Assembly (NCBI GenBank): GCA_051530055.1
Contig: CM121341.1
Location: 806,001-870,000, forward strand
Direction of reading: 5' to 3'
Source: Neoechinorhynchus agilis
Taxonomy: Eukaryota > Animalia > Acanthocephala
Length of the DNA: 64,000 bases
The position numbers were made by a program, and so were the translations under genes. Below, piece after piece: positions 12,497 to 25,849 of the stretch. A model generated the notes under the pieces. It made no database searches and had not been told where the DNA came from. It saw nothing but the letters and a program-made list of their open reading frames with translations. The first letter of the stretch is position 1. The number at the start of each line of letters is the position of its first letter.

Positions 12497-12550
12497 TAGA
12501 TATCTGAAGAAGGCCCACGCTCAGGCCGAAAATTAATTAAATTAATCTAT
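12497..12550 (+). ncRNA. Hammerhead-ribozyme-like motif at the 3' end of the Penelope-like element
   Basis: CTGAAGA-A-GGCC-cacgctca-GGCC-GAAA followed by the self-complementary ATTAATTAAATTAAT. Stem I register is imperfect. Confidence 0.55.
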
Positions 12551-12589
12551 AATTCTTTAATTACGCCAAATATCAATTTAACAATGGCA

Positions 12590-13935
12590 AATATATATTC
12601 AATTAAATGAAGTTTAGTTTATGAAGGCGTCGTTTTTGTCTTCAAAGTTTTGTTTGTTCACTAAATATATCCTCTCCAACACGATCATGCACAAAAGTCG
12701 TTTATTTTTAGAACTTAGAACGATAAAATCCATAGTTATAAGACTGGAAAGCGTAATATTTTAAACATAAATGTTCAATCGGGATATTTTTGTTTTAAAT
12801 TAAGTTCAGTTTATGAAGGCGTCGTTTTATCTTCATACTTTTATTTGCCTACCAAATATATCCTCTCCACCACGATCATGCACAAAAAGTCTTATTTTTA
12901 GAACTGAGAACAATAAAAAGCGTAGTTATAAGACTAAAAAGCGTAATATTTTAAACATTAATGTCCAGTGGGGATATTTTTGTTTTAAATTAAGTTCAGT
13001 TTATGAAGGCGTCGTTTTTCCTTAATAGTTTTATTTGTCCACCAAATATATCCTCTCCACCACGATCATTCACAAAAGTCGTTTATTTTTAGAACTTAGA
13101 ACGATAAAATCCATAGTTATAAGACTGGAAAGCGTAATATTTTAAACATAAATGTTCAATCGGGATATTTTTGTTTTAAATTAAGTTCAGTTTATGAAGG
13201 CGTCGTTTTATCTTCATACTTTTATTTGTCCCAATATATCCTCTCCACCACGATCATGCACAAAAACTTATTTTTAGAACTGAGAACAATAAATATTTGT
13301 CCCAAATATATCCTCTCCACCACGATCATGCACAAAAAGTCTTATTTTTAGAACTGAGAACAATAAAAAGCGTAGTTATAAGACTAAAAAGCGTAATATT
13401 TTAAACATTAATGTCCAGTGGGGATATTTTTGTTTTAAATTAAGTTCAGTTTATGAAGGCGTCGTTTTTCCTTAATAGTTTTATTTGTCCACCAAATATA
13501 TCCTCTCCACCACGATCATGCACAAAAAGTCTTTTATTTTTAGAACTTAGAACAATAAAATGCATAGTTATAAGACTGAAAAGCGTAATATTTTAAACAT
13601 AAATGTTCAATCGGGATATTTTTGTTTTAAATGAAGTTCAGTTTTTGAAGGCGTCGTTTTATCTTCATAGTTTTATTTGTCCACCAAATATATCCTCTCC
13701 ACCACGATCATGCACAAAAAGTCGTTTATTTTTATAACCGAGAACAATTAAAAGCATAGTTATAAGACTGGAAAGCGTATTATTTTAAACATAAATGTCC
13801 TATCTCGATATTTTTATCTCAAATGAAGTTTAGTTTATGAAGGTGCCTTTTTGTCTTCATAGTTTTGTTTGTTCAAAAAATATATCGTCTCCATCACGAT
13901 CATGCACTAAAAAATGGCTTATTTTTAGAACTTAA
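12590..13935 (+). repeat. Satellite array 2, about 7 units of the ~190-bp monomer with alternating A/B variants
   Basis: Anchors at about 12751, 12941, 13132, 13391, 13583 and 13775; a ~70-bp internal duplication near 13290. Confidence 0.95.
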
Positions 13936-14777
13936 AACAATTAATAGCGCGTTTATTTAAGTACATGGGAATCAAAATGATAAGCCAGAATTATATTTTC
14001 TCCAATTGACGGGTATTAAAGCGAAATTAAAAAATATAAAATATTATGAAGTTGTCGAGGGTAGAAATATTAAAGTATACTTTTGCTGAAAAAATCCCGG
14101 TCATCACATATTTAATTTATTGGAAATATTTCGCGAGGTTACTTCGAATCAAATATGTGATAACTGGGATTATTTTTAACAAACTAAACTTTTATTAACC
14201 CGTAGAATTTCTTATCGATGAAATATCGAAGTTGTCACTAAAGGTGATTAGTGCTGTTCTTTTCTTTAATTTTGATCGTTCTCATAGAACCCCCAAAAAT
14301 GTTGTTTCATCTCAGTACGAATGCTTTTTTGTCCTGAGTGTGAGCGTTGATCATCTGAATTGGAAGTATAAAAGTTCATGAGCCACTTGTTAAATTTGAT
14401 CTTAAAAAATTAAATAAAAACATCTCGTATGCGAAAAAAATTTTCATCAACTCCATCAAAATTATATGAATTTCAACTTTTTATACAGGATGATAGAGTT
14501 CAAAGTAAACGCATCAACTACGATGGCGGTTAATGCGTATACCCCAATTTGCCGATTGCTCAACCCATTTACATTTTTGAATTGATTGCTTTGAACATTC
14601 AATTAAAATTATCACTCTCCATCTAATCGACTTTCATGCATCAAGAACAACAGATAAACCAAGTTAATATGAAGGTCAAGGAAGCTTCTAATCTGAAACG
14701 ATCTAAAGAACAACGAGCGACCAAACTCAAATTGAATCAAGCAAATGAGGTAGAGCTTGAAATGTTGGATAATGATT

Positions 14778-15391
14778 CTAGTGATCGGGATTATATAAAC
14801 TCGTTTTATTTATGTAAAAAATGCAAGATCCACACACTTGCCAGCATCTATCTTTGCTAAACGGTGTCTGGATGTTGAAGGCAAGGGAGGTGGGACTTGT
14901 TTTTGAAGGGGTTTTAATGTGCGATCGGAGGCTTTGTACAGGAGATGGCAGATTAGGAGTCTTTCCTTGTTCTCCGGTTATTAAGGAAAGATTGGGCTTG
15001 AGGGAGGAAAGATTTTTGGTAGAGGGTGGTACGAGCGAGGGGGGATGAAAAAGGTTGGGGTTGCGGGTGTTTACGAAGGAAGAGTATTTAGAGATGAGGG
15101 AAGAAAATTGTGGAGGGGGTTGAAGAAGACGGAGGGCATTTTTGGAGAGAATGGAATGGAGGTGGGCGTCGAGAGGAGGGAGTGAAGTCCCGCATATTCT
15201 AGCTGCGCTCTTGTGGAAGGTCCCGAGGGAATGGAGAGCATTGGCGGAACGGGCGAGGAAAGTGGGGAAGGCGTATGTAAGGATAGGGAGGATGGCAGAA
15301 AGATAAAAGTGGGCAAGGTGTTTAGGGATACGTTGAGACGCCGGGGGAGTTTGAGGAGGTAAAGACGAGGATTTGTTTGGGACCAAAGCAC
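14778..15391 (-). mobile_element. C-terminal fragment of a LINE RT (C-rich coding strand)
   Basis: HFYLSAILPILTYAFPTF, the post-RT 'Y...I.P.L.Y' motif; similar to 30118-30321. Confidence 0.65.
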
Positions 15392-15924
15392 AAAATCGTA
15401 AAGCGTATCAAAATCGATGAAGAAAGAGATTTACAAATGTTCACCGTAAACATATTTAAGAATCCAAACCTCGATGCTGCCTTCTCTTTTTATTGAGAAG
15501 ATTAAATTGCTAAAGTTCTTATTGGACTTTGAATATGCAACCAAGAGCATTAAACTGGCGAACATCGAGCGTTAATATTCTCCGTATTATAATCTGCAAC
15601 GAGGAAACCCAACAGCTAATTGGCAATATCAGTCGAATCAGAAATGAAGTTACGGAAATCCTTAATCGTTAACCTCCGGAAATGTCCAATATTTCGATGG
15701 AAGATACATCCGGATTGCAGTTAAAGAATAAATCACAGAACGAATCCATTTCGCAAAAGTAAATATAAATTTTTAGATTAAGGTGGAAGGCATGATTCAA
15801 TCGTCCACGATCTAAGGCATAGATATTACAATTGGCTTTTCACGGAGATTGGAATGAAGCAACTTCTGCTTCTAATTGACTTGCAGTTCACAAAAATTAA
15901 AAATTCACATTCCCTAAAACGATT

Positions 15925-16443
15925 ATGTCGAATCTCGGTTTCGATGCGAAGAAACGGCCACTTTTGCAGCAAAGATCATTGTACAAATTAAGCCATGTTC
16001 AAGATTGTGATATGAAACTTATGAAGAAAATTGACGAAATCCATAAATACAGCCCTTCGGCTGTTTTTGCCATAACAAACAAATCACTGATAGTTTCTGG
16101 AGGAGATGACAAAATGATAAAAGTTCATAGTGGTCAAGATCTTTCCATGGTAGCCTCTGTTCCAAGTGCACATGAAAACGGTTGCTGTTCGCTTATGGAA
16201 GCGACCGACGATTTGTTTTGTTCAGGTGGATTTGAAGGAGAAATCCACGTTTCGGACATTGGGAAGATTACGGGTAAGACGGAAGGCATTGTGAGTACCT
16301 TTGAGAGCAAATTTTATAAACCGCGAAATATAGAATGCCAGCGTCCTTATAATTGCATTTGGGATTCGAAAATGTACTCGTCGCATAAGGATCCTCATTG
16401 TTATGAACCCTTCTCTGTAATAGACAACTCCGATCTACACTGA
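15925..16443 (+). pseudogene. WD40-repeat coding fragment, probably decayed (WDR55-like pattern)
   Basis: LIVSGGDDKMIKVH...AHENGCCSLM..TDDLFCSGGFEGEIHVSD: two WD blades. Flanks are frameshifted and too short for a full propeller. Confidence 0.55.
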
Positions 16444-18849
16444 TGGGATCCGTTACTTTCTATGACCTTAAACTTTTATTTGAACTGCTATATGATGAAC
16501 TGTTCCATTAATTTTTTGATTTGTTCGAGTGGGATTTTGAAAAATTGTTTGGAATGAGAACCACTCATCTCATAAAAAGATTCCAAGAACGATCGTAGGC
16601 TGAAGAAATTTTTAAGGGTGAGAATTGCTTGATCCACGTTCAAGTTGAGCAAATCTTGGATTTTTATTTTATTTACTTCACTTGCATTCCGCGTCATTGG
16701 TTGTTAGAGAAAATGTTATAGCAGTTTGCATTAAAGTAAAGATAGTTTTAGTGAGGATCTCCACTTCAATACATTAAATTCTGCTTATGCATCGTCCTGC
16801 GCTAAAATTTCATAAAAACTTAAATCTTCTTAATCGAATTCAACCTCTCCTGGTTTGCTCTTCTTGACTAATGAACACACTGTTTTACTCCTTAACAACG
16901 ATTTATGCTTCTGTCCTTTTTATCGGAATTCACGCATCTTCCTTTAAACCATTTCGCCAACTTTTGTCTTTATCCAACAAAATAAAAAATTTATGATCCT
17001 TGTGCACTGTCGCCGCATTTTTAATAGTATTTTACTTCTATCGGCACAAACTCTAGTACTTAAGCAAATTCCATCTTTTTATCCACTTCTGAAACTCTCT
17101 TTTTCTCACCTTTTTGTCAACCTCGATTTTAACTTATTTTCCAAGTCGCCATTCGTGCTCCATATTTCTTTATTTAAATGTTTTATTTACTTCACTTGCA
17201 TTCCGCATCATCGATGATTGGAGAAAATGCGAGAGCATCAAGCGTTAAAGTTACGAGTTTCCAATGGATGGTCTCCACTTAAATTCATTGAATTCCGCTC
17301 TCACCTAAGTTTTCGTGCCCCGTAAATGATTAAAAAATGTTGTGATTTTTTATTTGTGTTTCAAATCCGGGAACGCTAACGGAAAAGAGAGGAAATACAT
17401 GAAGAAATCGAGAAGTTTCAATGCAACCTCCTTCGAACTATGAGACATTGTTGAACGAATCTGGCTCATTGAACTGCAGATTTACGATTGATTGCGACTG
17501 TTCTCTATAGGCCAACGTTTTACAGTGCTCTGATTAAATGGTCAGCTCATTTTTTTCGTGTCCAGGCCAAACTCGATGAAAAATGTAAAATCATCCTAGT
17601 AAATTAAGAGTGACCTTTAGGGGACTTTTAATCTATGTTTAATTTTGGTTGAAAGGTTCACTGGTATCCGTTTAAAAAATCCGATGATACATCGTAATGA
17701 TTTTTTACCATAATCAATTTAAGTAGGAACACTTTCTTGTGATAACAGTCATTTTGGCTTATCGATGAAGCTATCAAACTCTTTAGTGTCCTGTTCTAAC
17801 CGAAATGTTTTTTCTCATTTGCCTTCCAGTTAATGAAACCTATTTATATGGATCCAATTTAAAATGTTATGGGAAATTGTCAACATGCAGACTGTAGAGA
17901 TTTTTGTTGAGCTTTCATTAAACGTTCTTGTTTTTTGTCTACATTTAAATACACTCGTTTTTGCTGAACACAACGCCGATTGAACTACAATATAGCAAAA
18001 ACGCGCATGATATTTCGCCAATTCGACCAGATTTTGCTTGTTAATAATCTATAGCTGTTGAGGAGAACTAAACGAGCTAAAAATAGTAGCTTCAGTGTCT
18101 TTGATTTTGAAGTATTTATGGCTTCATAGTCCAAATACGAAAAACTAATGTAACAGTAGGCGGAATTAATCATCGGATTGAGATAACAAATCGGTTTATT
18201 GATTTGTGTCTAAGCGAAGGCAAATCACTATTTAGATCGATAAATGTTAATTAAAAAGTTGAAGTTGTGTACGAAGGTCCAGAATGGCGACAATATCAAA
18301 TCCCAAATCGACATAAAGATGAATAAACAGAATTCAAAAAATAAATTTTGAAATCATTTCTGGAAATGCGCGGTAATCCCAGGCAACTTACGATTCGATG
18401 AACGGCATTATACATCCAAAATAATCGGCGGTAGCTTAAATTAAAAATTTAGAGAAAAAAATATAGCTTGCGTTGAAATGTTTTTTCATTAAAATCAAAT
18501 TTACAAATTCGCATTATCCTCCAATTTTTGATATTAATTATAAATATTTTTGAATTGGGTCTCTTTGCTATCAAAGATTTTGTTTGAAAATCGGTTGAGT
18601 GCATTATCATTCGCTCGCTCTAATGTAGTTTTTGCGAAATTATTACTTATTCAAAATCTGCCCTCATTTTTATCAATTGAAACCGTGCCAGCTAATTGAT
18701 TCCTTAGCTAAAAAGCCACTCCTTCAAGTTTAGAAATGAGTCTCAACGCAAATATTCGTGATATGATTACCAACCTCGTCGCAGTTTCAGTGTCTCCGAC
18801 ATGCAAGATAAGACGCAATATCAGAATTTGGATTTTAACCAATGACCTA

Positions 18850-19950
18850 AGTGCTGTTTATAAAATATTGGAAGATATTTGTTGCTAAATTGAAAAACCC
18901 GTCACTAAACAAAACCTACATGAATATTTTGAAATGTTTGGAAAAAAGACCGAGCGAAATGAAAAAGTTGCTGGAGAATCCCTTTAAGATGGCGATTAAA
19001 CCAATAGAAATATTAAGACGCGCTTCCTTGATTTTTAGCTTTTTCGGCTACGGACTATTTACGCCTTCCATAAAATACTTTTCCTTAAAATGTATTCAAG
19101 ACTAAACGATGGCGACCAAAAGATACTCACTTGTCTTTTATGGAGGTTATTGTTCAATGGACACAACGACAAGAAAACCGCAATAAACTATGCGCTTGCA
19201 AGTGAAGGTGAAAAATCATATGATAAAAATTGCTCGTACTCGTCGTTATAGGATGTTTTGGCTACCTTGGAAAACAAGGAAAATGGCCAGTCGACGGAGC
19301 AGAAAAACACTAGGAAACAACTAAGTTTGTGAATTCAAAGAGCAAAGAAAATAAGGACGGCAAAGAAAATTCAATTAAATTCCCAGATGTTGTAAATGGC
19401 TCAGAATGTAAGGAAATCGCAGGCGAACAACCAAAAATTATCAGTCTGATAACCTGCCTTTCGGTTAGAACAAGAATAAAAATGAATTTTCGCAATGTGA
19501 AAACGAAAAAAATGTGAATGTTGCTGATGTTCATAAACAAAACAACGAACCTCAAACGGAAAGTCGAACTCCCAAAATCCAAGATGTTTATTTTCAGTGC
19601 AAAGTGCTGATGGAGAGGTTAAGTGAGAAAAAATCTGCTGCAGAATGGCAATCGAAGGCCAAAAGAAATATATGAGGAAAACAACGAATTGAACGTAGAA
19701 ATTAAGAAGATGAGAATGAACAAGAAGACAATGGAAAGCTATTTGGAGTAAAGCTAAAGTGTTCAGATCAGATTTTGACTATCATAGAGTTAACAAAGCA
19801 GAATACGGCGGAAGGAAGGAATCGTGATTTATCGAAAAAAGAAAATCAGCTGAAATCGCTCGCAGAAGACGCACAAGAAGAGATGAAATTGGAGAAATAT
19901 CACAAGAAAATTCTGGAAAATTTTAATGAAAGGGAAAATCGTTTGATTGA
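18850..19950 (+). pseudogene. Decayed RRM plus coiled-coil gene
   Basis: KIFVAKLKNP, frameshift, VTKQNLHEYFEMFG (RNP2 and helix); FGYG (RNP1-like); then E/K-rich coiled-coil pieces in several frames. Confidence 0.4.
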
Positions 19951-20249
19951 CAACCAACGCGCAATAATTCTCAGACCCCAATGTTTTATGGTAGAATAAA
20001 GTCACTTTTAATCAATGTGCGAATGTCATTTTCAAGTTTTTTCAGTCTTTTGCAGCGAATTTACATTATATTCTGCGGCCAATTAGAAGCTAGCATAACA
20101 TTTTCAGTTGAAAAGTTACAACTTTCAGCTTTTTTTTTGATCGTAGACTGTTGCCTAGGTGAAAGATTCGTGCAAAATCGAACATAAATTTTGAAAATGA
20201 AACAAACCCAAAGCTCAATTGCTCATATCATTCTTGAATACAGAGCAAG

Positions 20250-20856
20250 ATGCAAGAAAGTAAGTCTAAATCACATATTTACGACCGATATACTTTATTT
20301 CCTTTTAGAAATTGTAAAAATGAACCAATTTGGCAGAGTTTACGTCCAAAGCGAACCGCTGAAGGATTCTCTTCGTCTTCGGATAATTGTGATGGCCAAT
20401 CAAGGAATGAAGCAAAACGAAATAGCCACACAGACCCGTGTTTCATACGGCACAATTTCCCGAATTTTGAAAAGGTAGCGCGAGTTTTTCTAACAAAACA
20501 TAAAAATTTAAATTCATTTTAGAATCAATGGCGTTGAAACAATAAAGAAACAAAAAGTCTCTAGAATACAGTACAATAAAGATCAACTTTTCGTACTGGA
20601 ATCTTCTTTTTACATGAATCAAAGGCCGAGTAAATCAATAATGGAAGGCATCGCCGATTCGTTAGAGCTCTCAGTTCAAAAAATAAAGGTAAGAAAACGA
20701 AATATTCACTATTTTTATTTTTAACGGTGCGACATAAAGAAAAACTTCTAATTTTCGTGTACGCTTACAACTTTTCATTTTTAGACTTGGTTTACTAATC
20801 GTCGTCAAAAGGAATGTAGATTAATGATTGGCCGATCATCCTTTCTTGACTTCTAA
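20250..20856 (+). CDS. Pax-like transcription factor, 137 aa: PAI subdomain directly followed by a PRD-class homeodomain
   Basis: Exons 20250-20259, 20309-20474, 20523-20688, 20785-20856, all GT-AG. Protein MQEKIVKMNQFGRVYVQSEPLKDSLRLRIIVMANQGMKQNEIATQTRVSYGTISRILKR-INGVETIKKQKVSRIQYNKDQLFVLESSFYMNQRPSKSIMEGIADSLELSVQKIK-TWFTNRRQKECRLMIGRSSFLDF*. Confidence 0.85.
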
Positions 20857-21399
20857 ATTTGGAAATAAAAAACTTTAACTCATTGTAGAGCGCTTAATAT
20901 AGAAATTAAAAATATCGTTATAATTAAAGATTTTTTAGTAGTAAAAAGCATTAAAAATTGTGCGGTTGTCATTTTTTTCATAATTTTGAACAATAAAATT
21001 TAAATCAGATAGAACAACTCGATGAATAATGTTTTTTCGTTTTCAATAAATCAATGATGATCAATCGCTGTACTTTTAAACAATCGACTTTAGTGGAACC
21101 ATTTAATTAACTGTAACTTATCGCAAGATAAGGAGATTTAAATTTTCGTCAACATCGAACGCCGTTTTTTGAATGTGGGCCCGAATTATTCGTGGCTGTT
21201 TGTGTCCTAAATAGAAACATTAAACAAACATCGCTGTTTTAAGACTCAATGATGATGTCTAAAAGTATTTCAGAAATGTCGAGGAAAACATTGATAAATA
21301 TATGCTATCGGCTCATAGACTCATAAACCCTTAAACATCGAGAATTTTGCATAAAGACACAAAAACGCAATTTAAATATTCGCGGACTAATATTTGATC

Positions 21400-23400
21400 G
21401 CGTTCAGCATATTTTCGAGGATCAGCATCGGAGTTGTTTGTTCACAAAACTCCAATGTATCCCAGGGAATTAAAGACTGAGGTTAGTATTGTTGTAAAGT
21501 AAAGGTTTGAATTTTAGAACTTGATATTGCTAAAGAAAGACGTCGATTGCCAATTCAAAAAGGTCGATTTTTTCTTACACATTTTCGAAATTGATGCAAA
21601 ATCAATAAATTTATGTCGTCCGATAAATATTATGAATGACCCTATTTGATTTCGAACTTTTTGAGGCCCATTTGTACGATCGAAACATTTCTACAGTTCT
21701 CAATTCTAAATCTTTTAAGGACAATGAAATAACTTTTAATTACATAAAATATATCATGATTAATAAAGACAGTGTTGGTGAAAGTAGTGATCCATACGGA
21801 ACTCCATATTTGGAGTATAAAGTTGTGAAAAAGGATCAACACCTCGTTATAAAAGGATTTTTATTCCACAAAGATTTAATCTCGCAAAACATATTAAGAA
21901 ACAATTTAAAATGAAATAAAACATTACATAAAAATTACTTGTCTTAAGAATTAAATGCTTTGCTTAGATCCACTTGAATTAATAATATATTAACATTCAT
22001 TCTATCATTCATGGAATGGAGCTCCGCTAACAGAGAATGCACTCTACGGCGACAACCAAATCCGTGAAAATATTGTGGAATGTGGTTGCGATATTCTAAT
22101 AAATTTGTCATTTTTGAATTCATCACTTGTTTAACGCACGAGATGATTGGTTTTCGTGTGGCTATTTTACTCACATGACTAAGTTACGATATTGAGCTCT
22201 TAAGCAAAGGAATAAAAACCTTTTTAACTGTATTGATTTTTTGATAGATCATCATTATACTATTCAGTACGATAAAATTTATGAAAAAGATCTTTAAACA
22301 GGAAATGCTTATTGAAGGAATTTTTCGGACAAACAGAAATGCATTTAAAAGCAATATAGTTGCTGTGATTGAATGCCAAACTAAAATCATCCATACTCAA
22401 ATTCCAAGTAAATGATTTCGATTTTAGCATAGGTTGGGAAGTGGAAATGTATTTACTGAACGCGTGGCACAGCAAGATAATGTCTGTAACATTTGGACAG
22501 ATACTTTTTCAAATCCAGCCAACCGCTTTACTGTTCCAAATAGTCGGTCGCCTATTCAACAATGTTCCCCAATATCCTTATATAAAACTTTTTGTTTAGA
22601 TAAGAAAGTTCGATCTTGTCCAATTTGGAAATAGAATTCGGAGGCATAAAATCTTTTCATTAGGTTATCACGCAAAGTAATGTCACCGTCTGGGTTGGAA
22701 ATCATGGACTTTTTGTATAGAAGATTCTCCTTTTTACATGCAGGAAATCTTTTTGTAAAAGAAGTAGTTAAAAGATTGCGTTTGGCAGAAATTAAAGTTT
22801 AAGCATTAAAATTAGAAAGATCAATTACCTTCAAAGAAGAGATGGCAAAATTGATATTTTGGTTTAATTTATTTATCCGAAAAGAAAATGCTCTTAAGAA
22901 TCGCCCGTCGATAAAAGAGCCCGTGAATAATTGTAAAAGAAGGGAAACTAAGGCACACGAAAAACATGATCCATAAATTGTAGTCTGAGTCGTAAGAAAT
23001 TCCTTAGGTGTGAGTATATGCTCCAAATAATGAAATTTGGATTCAGTCAATTTGGTAGAGGATTTTATGAGCTATAAACGGATAAAATTTGTACGGGGAA
23101 AATGTCTGTTGTTATCCTTAAAGCGAAAAGGAGTTAAATACTAATATTTATAGTCCAACGGGAAACCTATGGTAGAATTAGCTAGTAGATTGGATGGACG
23201 GACATTGAAGCTAGTTTATGTTGATCAGTTTATTATTGGAGTGGATCCAATCTTTTAGAAAAATAAAAAATCATTAGATAGGTCTACTGTATTTTTTAAA
23301 TGTATAATAGTAGACAAAATGCTCCATAAACATTATACGCCAAGAAGCTAAAATTTAATCAAGAAAGATCCTTATATGTTCATTTCAAGGTTTGTTGCGC
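21400..23400 (-). mobile_element. Heavily decayed LINE ORF2 (APE and RT)
   Basis: HGFGCRRRVHSLL...LIQVDLSKAFNS, KYGVPYGSLLSPTL, LSDDINL. Related fragments at about 34140-34270 and 35950-36100. Confidence 0.7.
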
Positions 23401-24379
23401 TTTAGATATAAAACGGTTAAACAGTATCCAAAGCTTCCTTGTGGACTTTGATGATATAATCCTTCTAACGAGTTTGTCCTTATAAATTAAACGAAACATC
23501 GTGATTAAAATGTGCACTTACGGATTTTCACTGTCAAACGGAAGGCGAATGGGTTCTTTAACACGAGTTGCAAAATACACATTTGCATCGTATTTGCAAA
23601 TAAAATGTTTTCATTTTGAGATGTTTGTCCATTTCGTAGTCCGTGCTTAGAAAGGCAAATGAATACTGCAAAGCTTTTAAAACTAAAACTTCAAGCATTC
23701 TGTCATTAATCGGGATAGCAATTATTTACTTTTGTTGAATATTTTCATACAAAATTCACACATTTTCATGAAATTGGACTCATTAAAGAAATTTTTGTTG
23801 TATAAAAGATTTGTCTTTCATTTATCTAGAAAAGATGAAGTTTTCAGTATGCAACGTTATATGACGGGATTTCTTAAATGGTTGTAAAATAATTTTAAAC
23901 ATTTAACCACATAAAAAATTACATAGTACTTCTTTGCATCAAACAAGAAATGTTAGAATATTATTAACCGCATCTAAAGGCCTGTGAAAATTAAAAACTG
24001 AAAAAACGTTCACTGAGGAATTTCGAATTATTTTATTGTTAATCGAAATTAGACGATTAGTAATAATTTCGGCAATCCTATTCTTCGATAGAATGTAGCT
24101 ATTTTTCGTAAGATTGTGCAAGAAATTTGGGGCTTTATATAGATCTATGCTGGCATCAAAAATTAACAACAAATTTAAACATTTTGCAATTTATGTTTGT
24201 TGAATTACAAACTAGTAAATTTGTATGATTCTTTAAATTTCCATGGAACAGAACTGCGGGAATCAACAAAATCAATTTCATTAGAGAAAAAGAAAGCGCT
24301 TCTCAGGGCTAAAAGCTGAACTGTCACGATGCGACGCTATTAACAATCACGCCAACACAACTTAAAATAATAATCGATA

Positions 24380-24880
24380 TTATATACGAGACGGCTCTAT
24401 TCACAACACCAAAGGTAAAACAGTGGTGATCATTGATCGGGACCCTTATATGTTTCTAGACGTTTAAGTCTACTCGTCCCGTGAAAATTCTCAAAACTAA
24501 ACTAGGACCCTACGAAATAAAAAGAAGGGAACTTCAACTCTTCTATTAAAACTTAAAAACGATGGAAAACTTGATGTTATTCTTTACTTCATAAATGTTA
24601 CTGGCAAGCCGGTTCTATTGATTCAGATTATTACATCCCGTCCTGGAGGTATCTGATAATCCGCAGGGATGTACAAACTCTTTACCGTACGCATCAGAGT
24701 CTAAGTGGTTCAATCACTTTTCTGATGTAAGAGATCGGTGTTGTTACTCTTTACATCAAAGTTCTTTTAAGATGTGCTTTCTAAGAATGCCTTTCAATAT
24801 AATGGTGAAATTTATGATCAGATTGAAGAAGTGGCGATGGAGTTTTCCTTAGGACCCGCATAAACCGATCTCTGCCTAAT
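24380..24880 (+). mobile_element. Penelope-like RT fragments interrupted by SINE copy B (about 24635-24745)
   Basis: KGKTVVIIDRDPY and NAFQYNGEIYDQIEEVAMEFSLGP, matching the PLE motif YEQ..G.AMGSPLGP. Confidence 0.65.
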
Positions 24881-25109
24881 TGGGAGCATTAAGTGTACAG
24901 TAGAATTCTTGATCTGCAAACAACAGCAAGGAGAATTTATTCAGCGTGCTGATCTGATAAAATGGTGGCGCCTGCGTTGTGCTGCGTTTTTCATTGATCT
25001 GCTTTAAGCAAAAGTTTTGTTTCGTTCGATGCGGTAACGGGTAATCTCGGAATTTAAACGCGTCGAAGGGACTTAAGATTAAGAGATGACTTCCGTGATC
25101 GAAATAATT

Positions 25110-25265
25110 AATTTGTTCCCTTTAGCGTCGAGACGCTCGGGTCTTTTTGGTACCCCGGCGCAGGACCTGGCAAATCAACTGTCTAAGAGATTGAGACGAA
25201 TCACTGGCGATCAGAGGGCAAGAGCATTCCTCCTACAAAACATAGCCAATGGGAGAACGCAATAA
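25110..25265 (+). mobile_element. 3' tail of a CRE-clade RLE retrotransposon
   Basis: FVPFSVETLG motif followed by a degenerate QR(G)NA end. Confidence 0.55.
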
Positions 25266-25612
25266 GATTCCGAAAACGATCTATAAGTGATCAAAGCCGC
25301 AAATTCAATATTTCATTTCCTAACTTAAGAAAGTAAAAAGGGTAACTTTATAGAATATCATCTCCATCTTCTGTATTAAAGAAAAGATTTACGCACTGTA
25401 TTAGCAAATAATAAATTTTTCTTGTGAGAAATTTTGGAAGACATCTTATTTTTAAAAGACCCGTGCTGTAAATATATACGGTTTTAAACCAACGGAATTT
25501 ATAAACCGATTGAAAGTGATCGAAGAAGTTAAATTTTATACCGAATCATCATTGACATATAGAAGCTCTTTTAGCCAAAAGTATTAAATACAATGTCCAT
25601 ATTCTGAATGTC

Positions 25613-25685
25613 GGCCTCGTGGCGCAATGGATAACGCGCCTGACTACGGATCAGGAGATTGCAGGTTCGAATCCTGCCGAGGTCG
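25613..25685 (+). tRNA. tRNA-Arg(ACG): tRNA-Arg, anticodon ACG
   Basis: 73-nt cloverleaf GGCCTCGTGGCGCAATGGATAACGCGCCTGACTACGGATCAGGAGATTGCAGGTTCGAATCCTGCCGAGGTCG; paired acceptor, D, anticodon and T stems; intact A and B boxes. Confidence 0.97.
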
Positions 25686-25849
25686 CGATTTAAAATTAGA
25701 TTGAAGGTTCGATAGCTCCGACCCGTCGCTAGGGAAACCCGAAAACGTTCGGAAAACAAAGCGAGGTTACGAACGAGACAATTCATTCGTTCGAGGTGCA
25801 GAGGAAGGGAGGAAAATACGGAAATATCTTCACATATCGAGCACTCACT

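Noticed and set aside
14821-15391. Several overlapping Pro/Ser/Leu-rich ORFs
   Set aside because: Produced by strand-biased C/T-rich LINE sequence that is depleted of stop codons.
21636-21914. 92-aa plus-strand ORF with a FLYWCH-like HLVIKGFLFHKD
   Set aside because: It is antisense to LINE RT motifs (GVPYGSLLSPTL, SDD).
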